64,000 nt of DNA from Marsupella aquatica (Eukaryota; Plantae; Marchantiophyta), in NCBI GenBank assembly GCA_973895155.1, contig OZ316897.1, forward strand, positions 9,137,832 to 9,201,831, given 5' to 3'. This document shows positions 24,625 to 36,604 of the stretch, in pieces. The notes below the pieces were generated by a model. That model saw only the letters and a program-made list of their open reading frames with translations, was not told where the DNA came from and ran no database searches. Positions within the stretch are counted from its first letter, which is position 1; each line of letters starts with the position of its first letter. Position numbers and translations under genes: made by a program.

Positions 24625-26525
24625 GATTCAGGATAGACTTAGTTCTGATCCACGCTTTGAGCTCGATGTTACTAAACTCAGTCTGAGGTATACAGATTAT
24701 TCTTCAAATCTTCGAGTTCGGATGACCGATACAAGCACTGCGAGTGATCTGCAACGTCCCGAGATATGGCTGAGCTATCCAAAACGAACCCGATCGGAGT
24801 CGCAGTTGGCAGATTACGAAGTGCTGTGTTCAAGCACAAAAGTGGGAGCTCGCACAGACTGAATGTCTGGCCATAGATTGATCATCCTAAGTAGGCAGCC
24901 CATTGATTTCGACTACATTTCAGCTGGCTCCATAATCGAAAACCGTCATTCAACCAAATCTCCATGGGGGATCGCAGCGGTGGCAGATTACGAAGTGCTG
25001 TGTTCAAGCACACAAGAGAGAGCAGGCACAGACTGAAGGACTTACTACAAATTGAACATCCTAAGTAGGCAGCCCATCGATTTCGACTACATTTCAGCCC
25101 AACACCAACAGAGTGTGCTGACTCCACAATCCAGCACCGTCACTCAACCCAATCTCGATGGGGGATCACAGCGGTGGGAGAATGCCTTAACGCAGACTTT
25201 TCGTCCAGTAATTACCTTAGTACACTTTTCGAATCGACGTTCAGTAAGAGTGTTTTAAGTGTGTAGTTTCTTAGTTTCTCAGCTCTCGCTCCAATCAGGA
25301 TAGACATAACTCGACATCAGTTCTCTTGTTCTCACAATTCAATGGAATCAATTCGGACGAAAAGAACTTGACGCGAAACTTACCCTCAGAAAGCTGGTGT
25401 TCAGGGGACAATGTCGAAACTGCTGCTCTTCGACGATTCTCTCGCTTCTGGCATTTTCTGCCCTCGATCGCGCCACCACGCCACATGTGATGACGCCAGT
25501 GGAAGGCAGCTGCGCCGACCTCATCCTGCATACCGAGGTGGCCTCCCTCCGTCCTCGTGGCACAACCCAGACTTGCCACGCAAGCCTAGAGTGGGTTTAC
25601 CGTAGGGACGAGCCGGTGAGTTTCGCACATGCTGGGAGCTAAAAGTTACAGGAAATGTTGCAGCGAAATTACCATAGTACCATGCCCGGTTAGAGCAATC
25701 AATAATTAATTATTGGCTGAACTGAATTTAACATTGTGCCATGGGAGTTGAAAATTAAACCACATGTAAACGGAGAATGTCCAAAAGTTATCACTTTTTC
25801 ATATTATCTTCACTACCGTGAGACTTTGTTCCAGAATTTTGGGAAAAAGTATTAAAAATGATGAAATCTGTGTAAATCCCGTTTTTTTGCCTTGGCTACT
25901 GACTGTTTAAGCCCGAATGGACCGAGGGTTTGCTTTGCAATGGGGTTGAAAATTAAGCTTAGATGGACTACAGTTCGCTTTGCCCATCCTCATGGATTAT
26001 GGGGATTTAAAATTAAGCCCAGATGGACCAAGGGGTTTTGTTTACTCGTCCCCATGGATTGTGTAACCCGCCATCTCATTTTACACCCAAAATTCACATT
26101 GAGTGACTGCTTTTGGAAGGATGCTTCAAATTTGAGAAGGACTCCCCAAGTAATTTTCTAGGTGCCTTGACTCACTGGGGAATGTTGGTTTTGGGCACAC
26201 TTGTGCATATATTTGTGCAACTTTTGGGTCCAGCATGCTCTCTGGTGACCCAATCTATTAACTGACAAAGTTTGTATTTTTCCTAGATCTGGTCCATTGC
26301 CAATGAGTGGGAAAATGAAGTATTATAAACACATCCAAACATGACTTCTGATGATATAGTCAAACCTAAGCCTGTAGTCCCTTGTGGATCCCAGTGTTGC
26401 AACCCCACTGGTTACCAGTTGTCAGCATTAGTCGCTCCCATTGGTCATAATGTGTTTGGAACATTCCTATTTAGCCAGGCCACCAAGAGGACTCAACAGG
26501 TTGCTGAGTTGAAAGGTGACGCAGC

Positions 26526-26842
26526 TGTTAGATATTGCTCTAGTCTTGTGACTCGGGTTAGGACTAAGCTAATGTTAGCGGTAGTGCTGTTGTGCATATA
26601 GCCAGGGCTGATCCCAGATCCTGGTGAAACTTAGGCTCATTGTTACGGAGCTAGTTGAGAGATAGGGAGAGCTTGTGCTGTGGATGCTTGGTATGGCCGA
26701 TCGGCCTAGAGTGCAGTAAAGCTCTTGTGTGTTCCCGTGGACGTAGCCTCATGTGGAGGTGAACCACGTATCTCTCTGTGTCGACTATTGTGCGTTGGAT
26801 GGTTCATGGGCTTGCCGTTACGAATGTCGTCTATGCTCAACA
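26526..26842 (+). repeat. 5' LTR (317 bp)
   Basis: Differs from the 3' LTR by one substitution I could see and a 27-bp deletion between actc microhomologies. Confidence 0.95.
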
Positions 26843-26844
26843 AG

Positions 26845-26856
26845 TGGTATCAGAGC
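26845..26856 (+). promoter_or_regulatory. Primer-binding site (initiator tRNA-Met)
   Basis: tggtatcagagc, 2 nt after the 5' LTR. Confidence 0.92.
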
Positions 26857-28607
26857 ATGCCTGGGAGGTGACGAGGTTTTTTCGTGACAGGTTTTTCCAG
26901 CGTTCATTGTCGTTGGTACATTCAGAGTTTCGTCGCATGAAACTTGATTGTGTGTGGCTGAGCAGATAGGTTAGTGAGAGGGTTTTCTAACGGTGGTTAG
27001 AACTTGCTGATCGGTATCCATGGTGCGGAGGAATTGAAGTTTGCATCGTTCAGGGTTTATTCGTGTTCGACGGTATTTCGGGGGAGAGACCAGAGTTTGC
27101 GTTGTTCAACAGTGTGAGCTGTGCGGTGTTCGGGGGATCGCACATTATAGCTCAAGTTAAAGGTTGAAGCGAGCTGGTCGTTTCGGTAGCTGGATTGCTG
27201 CCGAGTTGTTACCGAGTGCATCGTGACGAGTGAAGGAGGCGTTCAGGTTTTTTCACAAGCTATGGAGCTTGTTCACATCTGAACCGGGTTTCTCCTCGTG
27301 ACGTCCGACTCGGTGGAAGAAACGCGAAGTGCTACGGCTCAATGGTTTGATTGCGGCGAGGCGGTCGTTCTGAGTCCGGGATTGGTACTTGACGCGGAGT
27401 GAGTGTGACACGACGGAAAGTTTTTCCACGGCGGAGCTTGCAGACCTTGCCGGTGAAATTTGGCAACTTTAACCCGTCGGCACTCATCTTCTACTTCGTG
27501 TAAACGGAGGCTGTTGAGGTAAGAACTTAGCATTTTTAGTTTAGGGTTAAGTTTTTTACTTAAAGGGGGGGCCTTGAGTGTGTTTTCGGGTGTGTATACA
27601 CACACCCGACCTCCCCCTCCTCGGCACCCTATACCCTGCCCCGCATACGGTCCCCCCGCACTCCGTTGTTTCTGCCGCAGCGGCGAGCAGCGCAGCGCCG
27701 GCTGGCGCTTCATGCGCGCTCACGCGCTGCCGGCGTTTCTCCCCCCCGGCCCACTGCCTCGCGCCTCGCATCCCCTGCGCCCTGCCTTAGGCTATCGGCG
27801 CCTCGCTTCCACCTGCTCGCGCCCGGCTGCCGGCCCTGCCTTAATTAACCCTGCGCCCCCGAGTATACCCCGTTCGTAAGGGGCTTGGTGCCCTTTCGCG
27901 AATCCCCCCTTCACTTACGACTACCTCGGGCCCCGACTGGGCGCCCCGACAAGCTGCCGGCCGTTTTCTTCCTTTTTTGCCCCGCCCTTGCTTATTTCCT
28001 TGTACTCGCCGGCCATACGCCCTGTATTCTCGCTGGCCCGCCTCGCGTCGCGCAACGCGGATGCGCGTTTTGGGGTGTATTTTGTTTTTAAGGGGCTTTG
28101 CACCCCCTTAAGGGCCCTATTTTTACTCTTTTTCCCTTGCCGCTTTGTTCTCCTTGTGACGGGACCTGCCGCCCTCCGTTTTAACTGCTTGGACAGGGGG
28201 AACGGCCCCCTGTGAGCCCTGTCGGACTGTGCGGGAATATTCCCAAAAAACAGAGAGCTGTTTTTCGGCCGTCCAACAAAGATTCTGTCCGCCGAACGGT
28301 AACTTTTTTGGTTCTTTTTCGGTGAGGACGTTGCCACTGGAGTTAGCATCGCGGCGCACCGATCACATCCCGATTCCGACAACGGGTTATACTAGGTATT
28401 TCGGTTATTCTCCAAGGTGGTCAAAACGGGGGAGTTTCCCAAGGTTTTACCCACCCCGACCAAAATTTGAATAACTTTTTTGTCGAATTTTGATTTTGAT
28501 TTCGGCTTTCAGTATTGGACTCCTAGCTTCGTGGGCTACGCGGCGGTGTTGAGTTTTGAGTTTTGTGAGAAGTTTTGAAAAAAGACATTTTTTCGTGATT
28601 GTTTCAT

Positions 28608-31600
28608 ATGAGTGACTCGGAGGATACTGGAAGAATTGGCGTCGGTGGAGCTTCAGGATCGCAACGATCATACGGAGAGTCTGAGGAGGAGCTGCTACCG
28701 TTTGAGGAAGAACTAGTGACACCGGTACGATCACCGGTGCGACGTGCAGTGGAGGAAGCTGTCTTACTACCAGAGTTGTCGGTAGTTGGGAAGAAGAGAC
28801 AGATGGCTAGATTTGGAGGAGTGAAGTTTGAAGTGGAGAAGTACGATGGTCGTACTGATTACTTGCTATGGGAGAAGCAAGTGAAGGGTGTCCTTCGGGC
28901 CATGGGATTAGCTCATCTGCTTTCTTCGCGAGAGCAGTATGATGGAGAGGAGGAGATTTCTGTAAAATAGTGGAGACAGGAGCAGGTGATTGCTGTCAAT
29001 GCAGTGATGCTATATCTCAAGCCGCACATCATCAAGCAGCTGGATGATTATGCGGATTGCGCGTCACTGTTCAAGGCTCTAAGAGAGAAGTATTACCGGG
29101 AAGATGCGTCAGACCGGCTATACAAGAAGTCTCTCTTGATGAGCCTCAGCCTCAAAGAAGGGAGCAAGATGCAGGATCACCTGGATGAGTTTGACAGTCT
29201 AGCGGTGGATTTGTCAAACCTGGGAAAAGGAGTTGAAGATGAGGATAAGGCCTTGCTTCTGCTAAGCTCCTTACCGCCGTCATATCAGGGCTTGAAACAG
29301 GTGCTCTTGTATAGAGATCTGAAGTCCATTTCGTATAATGAAGTGGTGAGCTCATTACTGTCTGATGATGCTCAGAAGAAGCTGGGTCAATCACAGACAG
29401 CATCTTTTTCTGGCACTGCGCTCAATGTGAACAGGGGAAGAGCAGCGCAGTGCACAAATGGACAGAACAGGTTTAGATCTACATCACGGGGGAGATCTAA
29501 ATCCAGAGGGAAATCGCAAGAGAGGAAGCCTCTTGCATGTTGGAATTGTGGCAAGCCTGGCCACATGAAAAGGGATTGTCGAGTAAAGGTCCCTACTGCC
29601 TCTGCTAACGCGGCATCGAGCTCGCATGAGGTAGATTTACTCGATGATGATGACATATTGTGATGTCAAGGTTATGCTCTCAACGTAGTGTCAAATCCAG
29701 GTAGTGATGATTGGATTCTAGATAGTGCATGTACTTTTCACATTTGCTCTAGGAGAGATTTTTTCAGTTCTTACACGGTTTCCAACGGGTCAGTGTTGAT
29801 GGGAAATGGAATCCCATGTCAAGTTGTTGGACTTGGATCTGTAAGATTTCAGATGTTTGATGGTGCTGTGAGAACGTTGAGGAATGTAAGACATATTCCC
29901 AGCATGATGAAAAATCTCATTTCACTTGGAGTTTTAGAGGCAAATGGCCATCAGTGGAGTTCTGTTAATGGTGTCCTTCAGGTTTCAACTGGTACTAAAG
30001 TTGTATTGAAGGGAAAGAGACATTGCAATATATACGTTATGGAGGGCAGTGTAGTCTATGATGAAGCCAATGTAACCTTATCTCATGAGGAGACGGCCCG
30101 GCTGTGGCACTTCCGTTTGGGCCACATGAGTGAAAAAGGTTTGGTTATTCTTCAGAAGAAAGGATTACTTTCTAATTTGCAATCTTGTAAGTTAGAATTT
30201 TGTGAGCACTGTGTGCTAGGGAAGCAGCATAGGAAACCCTTCGGAGTTGGAACTCACACCAGCAAGGAGGTACTTGAGTATGTACATAGTGATGTGTGGG
30301 GTCCCGCCCCTACTCCCTCACATTCTGGACGGTTATACTATGTCACGTTCATTGACGATTACTCAAGGTATGTGTGGATATACTTTCTACACAATAAGTC
30401 TGATGTTTTTGCCACTTTTAAGGAGTGGAAAGCCCAAGTTAAAAATCAGACTGGTAATAAGGTGAGATATCTTCGATCGGATAACGGTGGTGAATACAGT
30501 TCCGGTGAATTTGGAACATATTGTAAGGAGCAGGGGATTACCCGCCATCTCACAACAAGCTATACTCCTCAACAGAATGGTGTTTCTGAGAGACTCAATC
30601 GAACACTATTGGACCGCTCGAGGAGTATGTTGAGTCAATCATGCTTACCACATGAGTTTTGGGCTGAAGCTGTCAACACTGCAGCTTATTTGGTAAATTT
30701 TTCTCCATCCAGTTCTATTGGATTCAAGACGCCATTTGAAATGAGGTACGGGCGTCCAGCAGATTACTCACATCTGAGGATTTTTGGATGTGATGCTTAT
30801 GTGCTTACACCTTCCCAGCTTCGATCCAGGCTGGAGTCCAAGTCGAAGAAGTGCATTTTCCTTGGTTATCAGAAAGGTGTGAAGGGTTATAGGTTATGGG
30901 ATCCAGTAACCTGTAAGCTAATTGTCAGTAGAGATGTGTCCTTTAATGAATCCAGATCATCAAAGGAGGGGGAGAGTTCTCAGGACTCCCATACTGACAA
31001 GGGGAAATCTCCCATCCCGGACCGGGTTGAGGGGGAGATTAGTCATGATGCAGTTCATGACAAGAGAGATGGAGAAGCTCCGGGCTTGGAGCTGGTTCCT
31101 GTGATGGAACAAGAGGAGCAAATTGTTGCCGGGGTACCTCAAATTCAACCAGCAGCAGCAACAGATCAGCCTGAGTCATCTACTAGAAGAACTTCCAGTC
31201 GTTCTACTAGAGCTCCTACCAGGTATGGTCAATGGGCACACTCATCTAAGCTAGATGATATTGACATTGCACCTAATGAAGATGATATGGCTTTGATCTT
31301 GGAAGAAGGAGAGCCTTCTTCCTATAGTGAGGCTTGTGCTTTAGAGCAGAAGCATGAGTGGAATGCAGCTATGCAGAGGGAATTGCAATCTTTGAGTGAC
31401 AACAAGACATGGGAGCTGGTGGAGCTTCCAAGAGGTCAGCAAGTGGTGGACAGCAAGTGGATTTACAAGTTGAAGGATAGTCCTTCAGAGGGTGGAGTCA
31501 AGATCTACAAGGCAAGGCTTGTTGCCAAGGGGTTCACTCAGGAGAAAGGAGTGGACTACAATGAGGTTTTTTCACCGGTGGCTAAGTATTCCACAATTCG

Positions 31601-32882
31601 GATCTTGTGTCAGCTTGTTGTATTTTTTGGTCTGGTGATGGATCAAATGGATGTTGTTACTGCTTTTCTCTATGGCAACTTGGACGAGTTGATCTTCATG
31701 AGACAGCCACTAGGCTTTATGAAGAAGGGCCAAGAGAACTTAGTTTGCAGATTGCTCAAGTCCTTGTATGGATTGAAGTAGTCTCCCAGACAATGGAACA
31801 AGCGGTTTGATGATTTCATGCTTGCTCAAGGTTTTACAAGGATGGTGTATGATCCTTGTGTGTATACGAAATCAGTCAAGAATGATGTATTTGGTTTCAT
31901 CATTCTGGTGATCTATGTGGATGACATGCTGATTGTGGCTAAAGATCAATCTGAGGTTGACAGTCTCAAGGCAAAATTGAGTGTTGAATTCAGGATGAAG
32001 GATCTTGGTAAGGCTAAGAGGATCTTAGGGATGGAGATTTTTAGGAACTCTGATACTGGACAGTTGTGCTTGAGTCAAGGCCAGTATGCGAGGAAAGTAC
32101 TTGCACGATTCAACATGGAAAACTGTAAGCCAGTGAGTATTCCTTTAGCTTCACATTTCAAGTTATCATCAGCTTTCTCTCCTACGGATGCTGTGGAGAA
32201 AGGTCTGATGGCTAAGATTCCTTATGAGAAGGCAGTAGGCAGTATGATGTATTTGATGACTTGTACTAGGCCTGACTTGGCCCTAGCGATGGGCAAGGTT
32301 AGCAGATTCATGTCAAATCCAGGGAAGGTACATTGGGAAGCTGTGAAATGGATTCTCAGGTATCTGAAGGGTACACAGGACTATGGATTACTATTTGATA
32401 ACAGATCAGATAGAACGTTAGTTGGGTATGTAGATTCTGACTATGGAGGCTGTCTGGATACAAGGAGGTCTACAACTGGGTTTGTATACACTCTTGGAGG
32501 AGGATGTATCAGTTGGAAATCTACCTTGCAGAAGTGCATTTCTCAGTCTACTACAGAAGCAGAGTATGTTGCAGCAGCAGAAGCAGCAAAGGAAGCAATT
32601 TGGTTGGATAAGTTGATTGCGGAGATGGGTTTAGAGCATGGAAAAATGACTCTAAACTGTGATAGTCAGAGTGCTCTTCACTTGGCTGCTAACCAGGTGA
32701 TGGATAGCAGGGTGAAACACATTGATATCAGGTACCATTTTATCAGGCAAGCAGTGTCTGATAAAACTTTTGAGCTAGTCAAGATTGATGGAAAGCTCAA
32801 TCCCGCTGATGCTTGTACCAAAGTGATTCCTTTGGAGAGTTTCTCAAGACACCGTGCTACTTTGCAGGTTTTGCAGTTGTAG
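28608..32882 (+). pseudogene. Copia gag-pol in one reading frame, interrupted by in-frame stops at 28968 (TAG), 29661 (TGA) and 31779 (TAG)
   Basis: KFEVEKYDG..YLLW; zinc knuckle CWNCGKPGHMKRDC; protease WILDSACTFH; integrase WHFRLGH..CEHC, HSDVWG, RSDNGGEY, PQQNGVSER; RT KARLVAKG, QMDVVTAFLYG, YVDDML; RNase H YVDSDYGG, KHIDIRYHF, NPAD. Confidence 0.95.
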
Positions 32883-33089
32883 TGCAAGTAGAGTTATTTA
32901 GCAATGTGTGACTATTTGTATATGGATTACTCATTCCTGTTAGGCTACGGCTTAGTTCTAGTTAACCCTTAGTTAACCCTTGTGGTTTTTAGGGGGAGAC
33001 CTGGTTTGGTGATTGTCTAGAACTTTCCGCTGAGGATTCCATATGGTAGCATTTAGTCTAGTCCCCAAGACAAGAGTCAAGGGGGAGTT

Positions 33090-33433
33090 TGTTAGATATT
33101 GCTCTAGTCTTGTGACTCATGAGCTAACCACAGTTAGTCTAACTCGGGTTAGGACTAAGCTAATGTTAGCGGTAGTGCTGTTGTGCATATAGCCAGGGCT
33201 GATCCCAGATCCTGGTGGAACTTAGGCTCATTGTTACGGAGCTAGTTGAGAGATAGGGAGAGCTTGTGCTGTGGATGCTTGGTATGGCCGATCGGCCTAG
33301 AGTGCAGTAAAGCTCTTGTGTGTTCCCGTGGACGTAGCCTCATGTGGAGGTGAACCACGTATCTCTCTGTGTCGACTATTGTGCGTTGGATGGTTCATGG
33401 GCTTGCCGTTACGAATGTCGTCTATGCTCAACA
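33090..33433 (+). repeat. 3' LTR (344 bp), preceded by a polypurine tract
   Basis: aagggggagtt|tgttagatattg ... tgctcaaca|gcagc. Confidence 0.95.
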
Positions 33434-33591
33434 GCAGCAAGTTCACTGAGTGCATTTTGCCATCTAAAGTTTTGCTCAGGGAGACCTCAGAGTGAGAATA
33501 TGACTCAGCAAGGTCAGCTTAGTGGAAGTTTTCCAACTTGGTGAGGCCATAGACTGAAAAAGTAACTTACTGAGATCAACCAAGGGGGAGT

Positions 33592-33612
33592 TTTAGGGTT
33601 TAGGGTTTAGGG
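33592..33612 (+). repeat. Interstitial telomeric tract (TTTAGGG)3
   Basis: Three perfect units between two copies of tcaaccaagggggagtttt. Confidence 0.85.
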
Positions 33613-34063
33613 TTCAACCAAGGGGGAGTTTTCTCTGTTGGCTAGCCTGCTGAGGGGAGAAAGCTGTTCCCAAAGCATTATGGGCAGTATATTCACAATC
33701 ATCAAATCAAACCCCTGTAATATAAGATCCCTCCCATTTTGTGGCTTAGTCTGCTTACGAAAACACAAATGGGTGGGAATGTATCTAGATCATCTATTGA
33801 AAATAGGACTTTTAATGACCATTAGATCCAACTAAAACCATATCAGTATATCTCCTAACATGGCAATGATGAGTATCTCCTGACATAGCATGCTAGGTAC
33901 CATACCATGCAATGCAGACCTCTCATCCCAAGATAGACAAGCATGACATACTGTACACCATGCCGTCCACCTATACAATTGTACCTCAAGGTACCCCTAA
34001 TTATGGGGTTGTACTCCTATAAATATCAGAATGTACTTCATGGAGAAGATCAAACTAAAGTCC

Positions 34064-34430
34064 ATATGGACCTCCACTTTGTCTATGAAGTCTGGATGAA
34101 CTGGCAAAGCTTGGATGGACTTGCTCAGAACATTTAAAATGACTCTTAGATAACACCGCTTACACTTCTGACTTTGGTTTCAATTACATTTTCAAACCGG
34201 TTTCCTCGGTAACTTGATGACTTGACGACCTTGAACCTGAAAGACATCAAGACGCCATGCCATTACTCAAGGATCACCGTGACATCTTCACTACTTTCTC
34301 CCCAAGGTAGTAAAAGTCGTCAACTATGATCCACGACCGGTTCCTTTTTTTCTTCGGTGCAAAAGCGATGATTGCTTTACGCAGTCCATGGGATGGGCAG
34401 GGACACTGCCTTGGTCCATCCAGGCTTTTC
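34064..34430 (+). repeat. Dispersed repeat family, copy 3
   Basis: Colinear with 2113-2470. Confidence 0.78.
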
Positions 34431-35009
34431 TTTCTGGAGAAGATTGGATGCTTGGGAGGAAAAAAGGGAGATAATTGAGAAATAGGAAAAAGGGAAAATT
34501 TGGAGAATTTGGAGAAAACTAGACTAGGCGAGAAAAAGAGGAAAGAGGGGATAGTTTAGCATTTTTGTTTTCGGAAAAATGGAAAATAGATACAAATAAA
34601 TCTATTTGAGAATTGTAAATATAGACTAAAAGTGCACCCTTTTGTTGCATGACCAAGCTTGGTGATACGGTGACTATCTTGCATCCCCATGCTCCCGCCT
34701 TCACCCCCGCTAACAACAATACTTTCACAATAGTGACCTAAATGATCATATTTTTGCAACTGACAGCAACCACTCAGCCAAAATGATGAGACTTTTCCAC
34801 CCACAAACTATGGCAGAGGGAATGAGCTTGCGTTCATTTCTTTTGTCCTCTAGATGTTTTCACCTCACCTTGATACCTTTGCCTCCCTTCAACATAGCTT
34901 TTTCACCTCAATATTTTTTCCTCATTCGACATCTTCAGTGCAATGCACTGGTATTGAGCTAGTGTCCTGTAAATATGAACAGGACATTGCTAACTAAATA
35001 AATAATTGG

Positions 35010-36135
35010 GTGACCATATAGACCGTATCTATTGGGCGACCATATATTTGGAAGACCTTTTGTCCCATTAAGGGATTATCTCAGATCTTTAGCTGTTCGT
35101 TCAGGTTGTTAGTGTACTTCGCATGCAAAAATCCATCGGCTGCAGACCTTTTCAATGTGCAAAATGCATCTGTTGTAGACCGTATATGTATGGTTCATTT
35201 TTAATGTGATGTAATGTGTGGGAGGAATGGCTGAAGTGTCTGCTTTTGAGTGATATAGAATGTGAATGGAACTCTAGACAACCTTAAGGTATACACGTAA
35301 GGACAACTAGTGTTTCATTATGAGTTATTTGGTTGACCATATAATTATGGTCAACCCATGTACACGGAGAGACCATATATGAGAGGCACCATAACTCATA
35401 ATAAAATGATTAGGCGCCCTTAGCTTCACGTTAAGGTCGTCAGGGTCGTATTTTGCTTTTGGGGGCTTTAGGCTACTGCCACGTTAGCACAAAAGACTTT
35501 GATTATATCTCATTAAAAATAACCATATATTCATACGGTCTGTGATCTGACTGCTTTTTCTCTTGAGATGCATATGCGGAATGTTTGGGACAGCAATTGC
35601 AAATTCAAAATCCAGGTAAACTGAGTCTTGTAATAAAAAATGAAAATACTCAAAGAACTTTGATACGTCAGTGTTTCCTACCTTAACGAACAGGTAAAGA
35701 CCTGGGCTAATCCCTTAATGGGATAAACAGTCTCCCATATATACGGTTTCCCCGCATACGCGGGTCGACCATATATACGGTCCCCTTTATATCCCATTAA
35801 GGGATAGCCCTGGTCCTTAACCGTATACATTAAGGGCGTTTGGGTGATTCAAACACTGACTTATCCACTGACTAATGTCCAACATGCCTGGCTGTAGGAT
35901 TTGACCTTAACTTTGTGCTGTAGTATGAAATAAGATAGAAATTCATGAGATATAATCATGGCTAGAAGTGCTTGCATGGCAGCAACCTAAAGCACCAAAA
36001 AGCTAAGAATCACCTGGACAACCTAAAGGTGAAGCTGCTTGTTTCTTTATGAGTATATTTTGCCTCCCGCATATTGGACCACATAAGGCCGGCAATCTCA
36101 TAAAAAAGTACCAGTTTTCCTAACTGTATACCTCA
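35010..36135. repeat. Old inverted-triplication-like repeat (segment, inverted segment, segment) with palindromic spacers
   Basis: tcccattaagggat at ~35062 (+), ~35710 (-) and ~35792 (+). ~35285-35515 is inverted at ~35940-36135. Central palindrome ggttgaccatataattatggtcaacc at 35331-35356. Confidence 0.6.
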
Positions 36136-36283
36136 GCACCCACACCAAAAGCATCTTGTGGCTGCCATGGTTCATGGACAATTAGTTCAGCAGGAAATAC
36201 ATTTGAATGCAGATGTTCCTGTTAGAACTTTCAACAACATTGACAGGCTAGGAACAGGAAATACATTTGAATGCATATATTCC

Positions 36284-36604
36284 TGTTAGAAATTGCAACA
36301 ACATGGACGGGCTAGAACTGAACCTAGGACACTCCCTTGTACATCTTAGTGATCCTCTACCACTGAGCTACAGGCCATTCGTGCGTGCTCCATTTCTGCA
36401 TGGGGAATGGCTCATTTCCCACACCCAATCTCGAACCTTCAAGAGAGATCCCAAACCTGCAGAATCATTTGCTCTGATACCATTTTGGAACTTTCAGCTA
36501 AGAGGCGCAAGCTAGAAATTGAACCTAGGACCCTCCAATGTGCATAGTAGTGCTCTACCTCTGAGTTACAGGCCCCTCTCCATCTCTGGTTGGGGTGTGA
36601 TTCA
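36284..36604 (-). mobile_element. TRIM (miniature LTR retrotransposon) with tRNA-derived LTRs
   Basis: Two ~120-130-bp direct repeats (36284-36414, 36483-36604), each with Pol III A/B-box tRNA-like sequence on the minus strand. Minus-strand PBS tggtatcagagc (36471-36482) and PPT-like gggtgtgggaaa (36415-36426). Confidence 0.72.

Larger units (their letters stand above)
26526..33433 (+). mobile_element. Full-length Ty1/copia LTR retrotransposon (6.9 kb)
   Basis: 5' LTR 26526-26842 and 3' LTR 33090-33433 (TG..CA); perfect 5-bp TSD gcagc; PBS tggtatcagagc; PPT aagggggag; domain order GAG-PR-INT-RT-RH. Confidence 0.97.

Noticed and set aside
27339-28474. Many overlapping ORFs in the copia leader
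   Set aside because: A by-product of high GC and low stop-codon frequency; no domain motifs.
36310-36576. Two tRNA-like sequences as real tRNA genes
   Set aside because: Stems and anticodon arms are degenerate; they are better explained as TRIM LTRs.
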